Assembly (NCBI RefSeq): GCF_001194135.2 | Contig: NC_068984.1 | Span: 56,072,139-56,136,138, forward strand | Direction of reading: 5' to 3' | Source: Octopus bimaculoides | Lineage: Eukaryota | Length of the DNA stretch: 64,000 nucleotides | Shown: piece after piece, positions 24,335 to 36,625 of the stretch | Layout of the letters: each line of letters starts with the position of its first letter | Position numbering within the stretch: position 1 is the first letter of the stretch | Translations under genes and position numbers: made by a program | The notes under the pieces: generated by a model | Told to the model about the DNA's origin: nothing | What the model saw: the letters and a program-made list of their open reading frames with translations, nothing else | The model's database searches: none

Positions 24335-24830
24335 CATGGTTGATAAGCACCCCAACAGGATAACCTTCTACACATTTAAGGGAGCTAGGTCCCTAGTCTT
24401 AGATGCAACATGCAGCAACAAATTCTCCAGCCTTGTAGCATCTGGCGCAAACCCCAGTGTTGCCACCCTTAATGCAGAGGAGAGAAACATCAATATGTAC
24501 AGGAACGTGGCCGGCCACTATCAGTTTGTGTCGGTTGCTGTTAAAACATCAGGTATTCTAGGACCTCATACTACCAATTTCTTCCACAAAATAGGAATAA
24601 TGGCAGCCTGTCAGAGAAATGAGCCCCACAAGATGGAGTGGCTACTGCAGCAAGTGTTGCTGGCCATTCTCCATGGCAATGCCATTGTAATCATTACCAC
24701 AGAGCACTGCTAAGCATCTCTCTTGTTCTGGGATATGTGGCCCATCACCCTTCCCCCTCCATCTTCCACTGCTTTGTCCCCCACGTTTTTCTCCCTTTTT
24801 TCTTTTTCTTTCATCTTTTCAAAGTATATA
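24335..24830 (+). mobile_element. Second CRE-clade 3' fragment, inserted in a family C SINE
   Basis: DKHPNRITF (decayed DGKRPDG), SLVLDATC, AEERNINMY, VAVKTSGILG, LLQQVLLAILHGNA; family C head at ~24255-24310 and tail at ~24850-24950. Confidence 0.7.
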
Positions 24831-25348
24831 TTATTAAATAAAATCCCATTACTTGTTGATAAAATATGACCAGTTGAGCATTGGAGGTCAATGCAATCAA
24901 CTAAACCCCTCCCATTATACTGTTAGCCTTGTCCCAAAATTTGCAACAATTATTTTATTACTAAATGGAAGTTTAACCCCTTCATTACCAACTGTCATAT
25001 TAAGTTGGTATTTAAAACATAAATTAACATGAAATTATAATGGAAGGTTTTAAATCTGCATCACTATAAATCCTGAGGCTTACATCATAGAACCAAGAGT
25101 GGTTTTTGATGGTTAGCATCAAGCTCTTCTTCATAAAGTTAGATATTTAAATGAAAGAAATGTAAAGCAAATACACAGAAAATGCAAATAATGAAGTAAC
25201 ATATTGTTCTGTACACACACACACACACATTTCTTGGGGGGGGGGGGAATAGTAAATCTCGAAGCACGTGAGGCTATAAATAATAGCATGTAAATATTGG
25301 GTTGGGAAAATCCTTCTTGGATAGAAAAAATTCAATGTTGATGTCGGT

Positions 25349-25391
<43 letters not shown>

Positions 25392-25464
25392 TATTATTAT
25401 TCAATCCAAGAGAAAAACTATCTCCTTTAATATTTATTATATATATATGTGTGTGTGTCTGTCT

Positions 25465-25501
<37 letters not shown>

Positions 25502-25930
25502 TGTCTGTCTCTGTGTGTGTGTATACTTATTTATATATATGTATATATATGCATGCATGCATGTATGTATGTATGTATGTATGTATGCATGTATATTCAT
25601 ATAAACTATGGTCCTGAGTACATACAGTGTATGTGTGGGGGGAAGGGTGATAAGTGCATTGGCACAACCCTGCAAAAATGTGATGCAGGACAATTTAATT
25701 CCCAAGGAATGCGAAAAAGAAAAAACATTTTTCAGAATTTCACTCATGAGTCATTTGTTATGACTTGCTGAGTCAACACAAAACTAGACAACCTGCTGAA
25801 GTATTGACAATTTTTTTGATTGTATTGGTTCTGAATATATACTGTATCCATAGCAAAGACACTTAACTTTCACTCAGATACACTTAATTTTAAATAGGTA
25901 GTGATATAAAATTTAAAATAAAATGTGTGG

Positions 25931-26720
25931 AGACACAGGTGTGGCTGTGTGGTAAGAAGCTTTCTTCCCAACCACATGGTTCCGGGTTCAGTCCCACTGC
26001 GTGGCTCCTTGGCAAGTGTCTTTTACTATAACCTTGGGCTGACCAAAGCCTTGGTAGACGGAAGCTGAAAGGAGCCTGTCGTATATACATATGTGTGTAT
26101 ATACTTGGCACTCCGTCGCTTACGACGTCGAGGGTTCCAGTTGATCCGATCAACGGAACAGCCTGCTCGTGAAATTAACATGCAAGTGGCTGAGCACTCC
26201 ACAGACACGTGTACCCTTAACGTAGTTCTCGGGGATATTCAGTGTGACACAGTGTGACAAGGCTGACCCTTTGAATTACAGGCACAACAGAAACAGGAAG
26301 TAAGAATGAGAGAAAGTTGTGGTGAAAGAGTACAGCAGGGTTCGCCTCCATCCCCTGCTGGAGCCTCGTGGAGCTTTAGGTGTTTTCGCTCAATAAACAC
26401 TCACAACGCCCAGTCTGGGAATCGAAACCGAGATCCTATGACCGCGAGTCCGCTGCCCTAACCACTGGGCCATTGCACCTCCACTGTGTGTATATATCTG
26501 TGTGTTTATGTCTGTGTTTGTCCACCCCACAACCACCATCGCTTGACAACTGATGTTGGTGTGTTTATGTTTCCATAACTTAGCAGTTTGGTAAGAGACC
26601 AATAGAATAAGTACTAGGCTTACAAAGAAGTCCTGGGGTTGATTTGTTCAACTAAAACCCCTTGAGATGGTGCTCCAGCATGGCTGCAGTCAAATGACTG
26701 AAACAAATAATAAACGAATA
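25931..26720 (+). mobile_element. SINE family B copy split by a family A insertion
   Basis: 5' half 25931-26103 and 3' half 26485-26720 match 57228-57676. Confidence 0.85.
26104..26484 (-). mobile_element. Full-length family A SINE with 12-bp TSD
   Basis: TGTGTGTATATA at 26092-26103 and 26485-26496. Confidence 0.92.
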
Positions 26721-26772
26721 AAAAAATAAATAATCCAAATGAACTAATTGATTTGAATTTGGGTAATCATAT

Positions 26773-26955
26773 TTAACCATTTAGCTATATCCGACCCAAA
26801 TATCTTATTTTTTGCTTTATGTTCAAACCGGCTAGATCTGGTCTCTCATACCAACTCTGCAGCGTAATTCTAAAAATAAACAAGATAAGACATAATAAAT
26901 TCAAAATGATAATAAAAATTATATTTCAGAGAGTAATCTGAATTCTAAAGGATTA
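26773..26955. mobile_element. Degenerate TTAA-ended MITE
   Basis: TTAACCATTTAGC...GAGTAATCTGAATTCTAAAGGATTAA, similar to 44805-45030. Confidence 0.6.
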
Positions 26956-27200
26956 AAGTGTGATGTACTGAAAGCTCTACAAATAAAAAAAAAAGAAAGA
27001 AAGAAAGTAGAAAAAAAGAAAAAGACAGAAAAATTCTTAATTGAAATTTTCCATTTTGTTGATAAAGAAAACAAAAAAAAAAAACCTAGTTAGTGATTCT
27101 CAAAGAAAAGGGGAGATAACTTTAAGAAATTAAGAATTAATTTCTCAAGTTAATTTACATGCTTAGGGAAATAAATCTAACAGTTCACTGCTGTATGTAT

Positions 27201-27252
<52 letters not shown>

Positions 27253-28091
27253 AGCAAGTGAGAGAGAGAAAGAGAGACTATGAATGACCAATGTTTTGTT
27301 TTGCTTGCAACTAGTGATTTTCAATGATTTTACATCATGGGAAAGGTGAGAAGCTACAATATTCAATTAGAGTCACTTCATGAAAATGAAAGCTTCAATG
27401 TTGTCCCAAAAATTCAGTGTGTTACGTGAATATACAACTACTTACAACTCAAAATAATTTGTAATAAACCAATCAGATTCATGATGTATTATTTTTAAAA
27501 CTGTAAATTAATCAATAAATAAATGAAAAGTCTTTTTGTTTTCTGTCCAGAAAGGATATTAAATAACAATTTGTGCCAACATTAATAAGAGATGAAAATA
27601 GGTCTTCTGTCTGGAAAAACACAGTTAAAATATAAATGGAAATGTGAATAACTAGTAAAAATGTTGGAAAGGGTTGTATTCAAATTTTTTGAGAAAATAG
27701 TATTAAAATATAATGCCTGGAGATATATTTGTTGCTTGGAAAACAATGGAGAAAAACTATTGATTTATTAATTGTATGAAAAACTAGAGAAAGTTAGAAC
27801 AAGGTAGATGAGCTAGATGCTGTGTCATTCATGCATTTCAAGCAATTATTGGAATACTGTAGTTATTCAACTAAATTAGGTCAATGGCATTTACTGATTT
27901 TATTCCATGCAGTGTGGAAACAAAGTAGCTCCTTTTTGGTCAGTTAACCTGTTAGAAACGTTAATCAAATCTCTCTCAAATCATTATCTAATATTTTGAC
28001 ATATATGGCCTGTATAGTGATAGATAGCCTGGAAATATATTGTATGTTACATACAACAGCATAAACTCTCCTACAAATCACACCCTTCTAT

Positions 28092-28496
28092 TCTTTTCTT
28101 TTATGTGTTTCAGTCATTAGACTGTGGCCATGCTGGGGCACCGCATTATAGAAATTTTTTAGTCAAACAAATTGACACTAGTACTCATATTTTTTAAAGC
28201 CTGGTACTTATTCTATCATTCTCTTTTGCCAAATTGCTAAGTTATGTGATCACAGACACAAAGACACACACATAGATATAAATATATATATATTTCATGG
28301 GCTTCTTTCAGTTTCCCTCAATCAAATCCACTCACAAGGCTTTGGTCAGCTTGAGGCTGGAGTAGAAGACACTTGCCCAAGGTGCCTGAGGCTAAGTAGA
28401 AGACACTTACCCAAGGTGCCATGCAATGGGACTGAACCCCATACTATGTGGTTGGGAAGCAAAAGCTTCTTACCACAGAGCCATGCCTGCACCTGT
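28092..28496 (-). mobile_element. SINE family B with internal ~35-bp tandem duplication
   Basis: GAGGCT..AGTAGAAGACACTT.CCCAAGGTGCC occurs twice at ~28350-28420. Confidence 0.8.
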
Positions 28497-29869
28497 GCAA
28501 TAGGCAAGAAAATAGGAATAAATTTTGAATTTATTCTTCTGCACAGCCTGGTACCAAATGGTACTGTGGCCTGATATTTGTCTGCAGCCTGGTAGTTGAG
28601 GGCCCCTGGATTAAAAGACTCACATCACCTCTGCTCAACAACAAGCAATATGGAATACAAATAATTCCTGATGGGCTTTGAATCCACAACACAACTTCAA
28701 TTCCTTTTTATCTATTTCACTAAAATTCACTTATACAGTCTCTGAGAAAGACATGAGATTCCATCTGGCACTTCAATAAAAGAGGAATATGATATTCATG
28801 TGAGATGCCAATGGTACATTAAAAATAGATAAATAATTAAATCTCTAACTTGAGTAACTTGGAAAATGTTTAAAACAACCATGCAAAACATTTCATTTTG
28901 CTTCTTTCAATATTCAAACTTTTGGGCTTTTTGTATATTCTCCTAAAATAATTCTTTTCACATCTAGGATGTTTTATAGAAATACTAAATCTCTCCCAGT
29001 ATTTGATTGATTGAGATTTTATTTTATTAACCCTGGATGGATGAAAAGTAAAATTAATCTCAGTGGAATATGAGCTGAAAATGCCATAACAAATTATGTA
29101 GGCATATCGTCCAATGCTCTAATAATTATGCTAAATTACAGCAGTTAATGTTCACTAATTTTAAATGAAGAAAAGCAATTTGTTGAAGCTCACTTTGCAA
29201 CTATGGAGTTTCAGGTTCAATTCCACTGCACAACACTTTGGGCAAGTGTTTTTTACTATAATCTCAGATTGATCAATACTTTGTGAGTGAATTTGTTAGA
29301 AACTGTATGGAAACCTATTGTGTGTGTATCTGTGAGTGTGCTTGTCCCCTCCCACTACTTGGCAACTGGCGTTGGGCTTTTTACATCCCGGTAACTTAGT
29401 GATTCAACAAAATATATCAATACAACAAGTACCAGGGTTTAAAATAAGTATTGGAGTTAATACCTTCAAGGTATTTCTGCTGCTTGGCCACAGTCCAATG
29501 ACTGAAACAAGCAAAGGGTAAAAGATTAAAAATAAATTGTTAAACAATAGATAATAATTAAAATTAGAATCTAATTAGAAATAGACTCAAGGCATTAATG
29601 GTGATGGCAGCCAATCTTCCAAATGAACCAAGGAAACAGTGTTTCTGTTGGGTTTTTTTTTTTTCCTTTACTGTTAATCACAACAGAAGTGTCATTGTTT
29701 TTTTGTTCCCCCCCCCCTTTTTTTTTTCTCTGGCGACAGAAAGTGGGATTTGAAATCAGACTACACAAAACCAGAGCAGATACCATAAGGCATCCTATCC
29801 AATGTTCTAATAATTCCACCAGTTTGCTACCTTGGAGTGATATCAGATCATTAAGAATGAAATGTTCAA

Positions 29870-30340
29870 TTTTGAACTGAAAGTTTACTTTATCTCAATA
29901 AAAAGCAATGCAGTTAAAGTATGCACCTAAATTATCAACACAATTTTGCCATTTTATCGGTGGCTTATTAATGCTGGCAACAAAGAATTCTGGAAAGCAA
30001 GAAGTAATGAAATCACGAAAGGCTGTTTTTGCATCTTCTTTAGATTTGAAGTATTTTCCTTGCAAAAAGTTGTCTAATGCTTGGAAAACATGATAGTCAG
30101 TTGGTACAAGGTCTGGTGAATATGGTGGATGACAGAGTACTTCCAATTAAATTCCTGTAACTTGAAGAGTGTTCTTTGTGCAACATGTGGTCAAGCATTG
30201 TCTTGCAAGAGAATTGGTCTGTCTCAATTGACCAATCTCAGTTGTTTAATTGCAAGTACACTTTTTGTGCTGAATATTCTGACAATTGGCTTAAGATTTT
30301 CTTTTTCTCGTTTAAAGGCAATTTTGATTAATTAAAATAT
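29870..30340 (-). mobile_element. Mariner 3' fragment (DD34D-type)
   Basis: EVLCHPPYSPDLVPTDYHVFQALDNFLQGK...WQNCVDNLGAYF. Confidence 0.88.
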
Positions 30341-30495
30341 TGAAACATTTTTACTCTCTATATTAAATGTTAGCACTTACTTAACTTTTTCATTTACATT
30401 GCTTTTAATTAATCATGCTTTGAAATTTTGATGTGATTGTATAATTTTAGAATGACATTTAAGGGTAGGTATGATTAAAAGAAAGTAAAGTTACT

Positions 30496-30728
30496 TTCTC
30501 AAGTCAGGCCAACTCATGAGGGCCAGTTTCCCTGTCTCCATGACATATAAATTCCCCCCTGAATGGAACGCAGGTCTGTTGTGGTGTTATTCATTTTTGC
30601 CAGCTGAGTGAACTGGAGTGACATGAAATGAAATGTTTTGTTCAGGAACACATGTCACCCGGTCCAGGAATCAAAACTACAATCTTACAATCATGAGTCC
30701 AACACCCTAACTAAGCCTTGTGCCTCTA
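30496..30728 (-). mobile_element. Degenerate SINE H2/T2
   Basis: Reverse complement aligns by eye to 21726-21967; flanked by TTAA-MITE-like sequence. Confidence 0.65.
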
Positions 30729-30929
30729 CGTAGATGTGAGAGGCTGGATCTGGTGTCAAGTCTATTAATGCAACATGACTTGCAGAAAATACCAATTATA
30801 TTTTTTAGTAGATGTTCAATATCATTACTGGAATAACCATGAAGTTTTATCCTCCTGCATTCCTAGATCAGATTGTGTTGGTGCCAACTACTTTTCTTTA
30901 CCTGTTTGAAGACAGCTCAGTAGCCAAGT

Positions 30930-31150
30930 AATACTGGTTATAAATTTTGGCACAAGGCCAGCAACTTCGGGAGAGAGGATAAGTCAATTACATTGACCTC
31001 CAGTGCTCAACTGGTACTTATTTTATCAGTCCTGAAAGGATGAAGGGCAAAGTCAACCTCGGAGGAATTTGAACTCAGAACATAAAGACGGATGAAATGC
31101 TGCTGAGCATTTTGCCTGGCAAGCTGACAATTCTGCCAACTTGCCAACCT
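30930..31150 (-). mobile_element. SINE family C
   Basis: GGCAAAGTCAACCTCGGAGGAATTTGAACTCAGAAC...TTCTGCCAAC matches family C reverse complement. Confidence 0.75.
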
Positions 31151-31881
31151 TCAATAGCCAGTAATATGCAAGAGTAAGATTTGACTAGGTTTAACTTACT
31201 ATTGCAGAAATTAGCCGAGTGCCAGGTCAAAATAAATCACTTACAAAATAGATTAAATGAAAATATTTCCATAGCAAAAATACAAAGAGCTCCAACATAT
31301 AAAGTGAATAAACCAACTATAGTCAGTTATTTTTAACTATTTAAATAACCTCCATTTTAATTTGTAAAGCTTTCAAATCTGTTTGCTTTTGTTTTTATTC
31401 TTTCTTTTTATTTCTATACTCCCTGATTTTGAAATAACTTTCAATTAATAATTTTAAAATTTTCTTTACAATTTTCTGTAATTTTTAAAAACAAAATGAT
31501 TTAAAAAAAAATTTTATAAAGATTTCAATCTTAAGGAAATAAGATTTTTTTTTTTTTTCAATTTTTATATTTGTATTTATGATACGAAAAGCACTTACAA
31601 AAATATCAGTACTGTAACAAATAAAATCTATGCCATGTTCGATTACAAGAAGTACTTCTTGTTCCAAACATCCCTGACTGTTTATGCTTGTAACACATGT
31701 ACACAGTCTACTTTCATTTTTAGATCGTGTTTCAGGCAATATTTACCTTATTTATTTTTTATTTTGTAAACAGTTGCTTCTCTCTCTCTCTCAGTATTTC
31801 TTTACATATTTATCTACTCTAGGCACAGGCACCTGACGGATACAATTTCCCCTACCTTTTATTTTTCTTTCTTTCTTTCTC

Positions 31882-31913
<32 letters not shown>

Positions 31914-32441
31914 TTTACCAGTATTGTTTTACAGTGAAAACTGCTTATTACAGTCACAGATAATGTCATCAAACGGCTATTGAAGATCAAAATCGATGGG
32001 TCCCAAACATACTGAGAATATTGTTTTCGTCCTGTTTAATGTTATCATCAGCCAGTGGGCGATATCTGAGACTCCATCCTAAGTAATTACAATAAACGGC
32101 TTCAACAGTGCAGTGCGTGTACATCTATGTATGTGTGTGTGCGCGCACGCGTGCGTGTGTGTGTGTATGTATATATGCATACATATATATCATACACACA
32201 CTGGCAGACAAACAGAGACAGAGCTCTGAAAGTGTATAACATAAGGGTTGTGCGCAGATGTGTATGTATATGTACATGTGTCTATTTTTATACACGCCAG
32301 TGTTCGGTCTCTTTTGTTTATAATTTACCTACTTCATCTGTTTACTACCTATAAAGCGTTATTCCTTTCTCCCACTTTTTACTCTATCTATCTATCTATC
32401 TATATATCTATTTAATTATCTAGCTAGCCAGCTAGCCATTT

Positions 32442-32477
<36 letters not shown>

Positions 32478-33420
32478 ATTATCTATCTATCTATCAATCT
32501 ATTTCTTGAAATCAGTGTTTAGCCCTCTGACTTCATATTCTTCCATCTCTCGACAATCGTTTCACCATTTTATACTGTTTCTGAAGATATATATATATAT
32601 NNNNNNNNNNNNNNNNNNNNNNNNNNNNNNNNNNNNNNNNNNNNNNNNNNNNNNNNNNNNNNNNNNNNNNNNNNNNNNNNNNNNNNNNNNNNNNNNNNNN
32701 NNNNNNNNNNNNNNNNNNNNNNNNNNNNNNNNNNNNNNNNNNTATATATATACATACATACATGCATGCATGCATGCATGTATGTGTGTGTGTGTGTGTG
32801 ACTTTGATGCTATCTGTCATTTCCTTTCTCCCTCTCATTTTCTTTCCTATATTCATTAGTCTTTTCTAATCTCTTTTTTACTAATGACTAATACTACTTC
32901 TCAGTTTCTCTTTATATCTGTCTATCTATGCAAATCACAATGAACGCATATAAATCTCTTCCCCATCTTCGTCTTTCTAACGGTAATATACCTCTCTTTC
33001 CTTCTCTGATCACATCTTCACACCTTCCCTTTTTTTTCTCCTATCGACTCCTACCTCTCTTTTTTTCTCTTTCTCTCTCTCCATCTCTTTCCCTGTCCCC
33101 CTCTATCTATCTATCTATCTATCTGTTTCGATTCTAAAATCTTGCTATCTACTTTCCATCTTTGCACCTGTTCTCTTCCTCTCGAAATTATTTTCTCTTC
33201 ATCTTTATTGACAATCGACTTAACCTATCCTCACCTCTGATTAAAGTCGCCACTCAATTTAATATGTTTCGTATACATCAGTATATCACGCGCGCGCGCA
33301 CGCACGCACACACACAAAATAATACACACGCATAACTACATTAATGTATATATTTGTGTGGAAGTCTTTGCAGCCTTGATTTATATAAGTTACTTTACCT
33401 AATTCTTATACAATACGTGA

Positions 33421-33457
<37 letters not shown>

Positions 33458-34188
33458 CTCTCTCTCTCAAACACACAAACACACACAAACACACACACAC
33501 ATATACACACACAATCTATCTATCTATATATATATATCTGTGTGTGTCTTCTGTCTATCTCATTCAATCCATTTACGCTACAAACCTTCGCAACAACAAA
33601 AAGAGCATTAGAGTATTAACTGCAACAGTAACGAAAACATAAGGGGGGAAAAGTGCTACTAGCAGCTATCGTATAAGTGAGTGAAGGTAAAATCACAGCA
33701 AACGAAAAAGTTACAAACCGAGCCGCCGTCGACATTAGAGATTGATACGACGTGGGCGAAGGTGGCGTGGGCTCCGTTCGAAACAGAGAGTGAAACAAGG
33801 AATACATCCATCCATACATACATACATACATAAATACATCCATCCATACATACATACATACATAAATACATACATACATATTTGTGAAATATTTACATAT
33901 ATATATGTATGTGTCTGTGTGCATCTATACAGGTGGAAGAAAGGTCTGTTACACACCACTACCTTCACCACAGCCGCCGCAGCCACCGCCGCCACCCACA
34001 TTTCCTACCAAACTCATGGAGAGAGGGGTTAAGGTGGAAGCCAAGACTCAGCCTGTAGAGTGTATTTAGATTTCTTCCCTTATTTTTACGTTTGAGTATT
34101 TTCCAACATGAGTTATGCGGAGAGTGACGTGAGTAATGTTCGTGTTATCAATTATTCACCCTCTGCATCTTTACATCAAAAATGCGCG

Positions 34189-34222
<34 letters not shown>

Positions 34223-34227
<5 letters not shown>

Positions 34228-34431
34228 TTATAAATATACAGGGATTAGCAATTGAGTTGCTTCTCCAACATACTGAAAATTTAGAAATAGCAGTCAAAGA
34301 GCTACTGATTCCAAACTACAAATTTTTCTCTAAAGTAGTTTGGAATCAGTAGCTCTTTGACTGCTATTTCTAAATTTTCAGTATGTTGGAGAAGCAACTC
34401 AATTGCTAATCCCTGTATATTTATAATGATA
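34223..34431. repeat. Perfect 97-bp inverted repeat with 15-nt spacer
   Basis: 34223-34319 is the exact reverse complement of 34335-34431. Confidence 0.95.
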
Positions 34432-34861
34432 AATAGTTTTACCGATAAAGGTTTTTTTCATACTGAACTACTTGGCAAAATTGTTAATTATTAATTCTAT
34501 TATTAATTGACGATTCTCTGCCCTTATTCTTGTATATATATATATATATTCGCACACATTTGTATACATATACACATACATATTTGTACGTATACACACA
34601 GACATATTTATGTATATACATGCGTGGTTACATGTCGATTATTTTTATGTCTATATTTTTATGTCGAACATTAATTCCAATATGCATACTTATATTCTTT
34701 TTCTTGCATGTGTGTAGATATATGTATGTATAGTTTTCTATATATATATATGCTTGTGTGCATTTGTGTATAAATATGTATGTATGTGCGAATGTATGTA
34801 TTTATATAGGCATGAATGTATGTATATACGCATGAATGTATGTATATGTGTGTATGTGTAT

Positions 34862-35125
34862 CATTGTCGTCGTTGTTATTTTAACGTCTAATTTTCCATG
34901 CTTTTATGGGATGAGATAGAATTCGTTGAGGGAAATTTTCTACAGCCTGATGCACTTCCTGTTGCCATTCTTCACCTGTTTCCAAGCAAGGTAGTATTTT
35001 CACATGGCTGGACGTGATCACATGGAAGATTGGAAGCGAGAAAAACCACTTGTATGACGGAGATACTCGTTTACAAATACATCAAGAAATTAATGTCAAG
35101 AAATTGAGACATGCACAAGCACAGA
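34862..35125 (-). mobile_element. RTE-type tail variant (D2)
   Basis: TTTAACGTC..TTTTCCATGC...CACCTGTTTCCAAGCAAGG shared with 58186-58420 and 61005-61200. Confidence 0.6.
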
Positions 35126-35167
35126 CGTTCCGCATCCTCCCCGTAAATGTGTGTGTGTGTGAGTATG

Positions 35168-35206
<39 letters not shown>

Positions 35207-35397
35207 NNNNNNNNNNNNNNNNNNNNNNNNNNNNNNNNNNNNNNNNNNNNNNNNNNNNNNNNNNNNNNNNNNNNNNNNNNNNNNNTTTGCATAGAAGGAA
35301 AAGAAAACAGCATTCAATCCCAAAAATAAATGTATTTTAAAAAGATCAAAAAATATCAACTAGATTATGGCTGGAAGATAAGTGCTTCTTTCATTTT

Positions 35398-35498
35398 CAT
35401 CATCATCATCATGGTCGTTTAACGTCCGCTTTCCATGCTAGCATGAGTTGGGCGATTTGACTGAGGACTGGTGAAACCAGATGGCTACACCAGGCTCC
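35398..35498 (-). mobile_element. Short family D copy
   Basis: CGTTTAACGTCCGCTTTCCATGCTAGCATG... with (CAT)n. Confidence 0.85.
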
Positions 35499-36407
35499 CT
35501 GTTTACCAAATCTACTTACAATGCTTTGGTCTGCACTTGCCCAGAGCGTCACACAGTGGGACCAAACATAGAACCACATGATTGAGAATCAAATTCTGTG
35601 TATGTATATATGTATTTATGTATGTATGTTTTATGAATGTATAAAGGGCTGTATTTATGTAAGGGCATACATGGGTCATGGCCAAGGACCCTTTTAACTC
35701 AGAGGAGCCTAAAGCCTAGAGTAAAATTTTTTAAAATATATGTACATCAAACAGATAAATAAATTATAATCTTCTTTTTTTCACTTAGTTGATTTTTTTT
35801 TAATTCTGTAGAGTTCTTTAAAAATTAATAAGCCTTCTTTTGATCTATTAGGCCCTTTTAGATTTTAAAAGGTCATTAAATTTAACTGAGTCTCTCTGAA
35901 TCCACCAAGGCCCTTTTAAGTTTCAGACTGTTTGGGGCTCCTAGATTTAATGGAGCCCTCTTATCTTGCTGTTTTGAATTAGCTCTATTTTTAGTATTGT
36001 TTTTTTTTTAAATACTTAGTGCTTGTTTTCTTCTGATATGAGAGCAGTCAACAGCAATGTATTATCCAAATAAATGAACAAGGTAACATGTCAGAAACTA
36101 TCAAAGTGCTGGCAGCCATTAAAGTTATAGAATACCCATTAAAAATTTTGTTTGAAAAATACAAAATTGATATGAAATTATAGATATTCTTTGTGTTTAG
36201 ATTATTAAGATTGGTTTTTTAGCCATACATATTCTTATTGTTTATAGTCTTGACTGAGGAAGACAAATTTATTACTTTTGTCATGCACAATGATATGATT
36301 GACAGACATGTAAACAGTATAAAATTACATATGCAAAATTGTAGGGCTCTCCCTACAATTGGGTCCAGAGGCCCCACTATGTCTAAATCCAGCCCCATAT
36401 ATATATC

Positions 36408-36625
36408 CAAGGGGGTGCTCAAAAGTTCCTAGCTTTAAGAGTGTCATGAAAGGCTTGGTTGGAGGCCCAACCTTTCCAAGTTCTTTTACAGGACTTAGAA
36501 AAACTGAAGGACTACTGCAATAAATGTGTGAATCTGAGAGTGAAATATGTTGAATAAAATCATAATTAACTGATCCTCCTGTATTTTCTTTTATCCAAAA
36601 CCAGGAACTTTTCAACACCCCCTCG
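36408..36625. mobile_element. Mariner-derived MITE
   Basis: TIRs CAAGGGGGTGCTCAAAAGTTCCTAG / CCAGGAACTTTTCAACACCCCCTCG. Confidence 0.8.

Noticed and set aside
31599-31739. Minus-strand open frame PETRSKNES...CYSTDIF ending at a GTAAGT donor
   Set aside because: No convincing acceptor and no recognisable homology; could be non-coding 5' exon sequence
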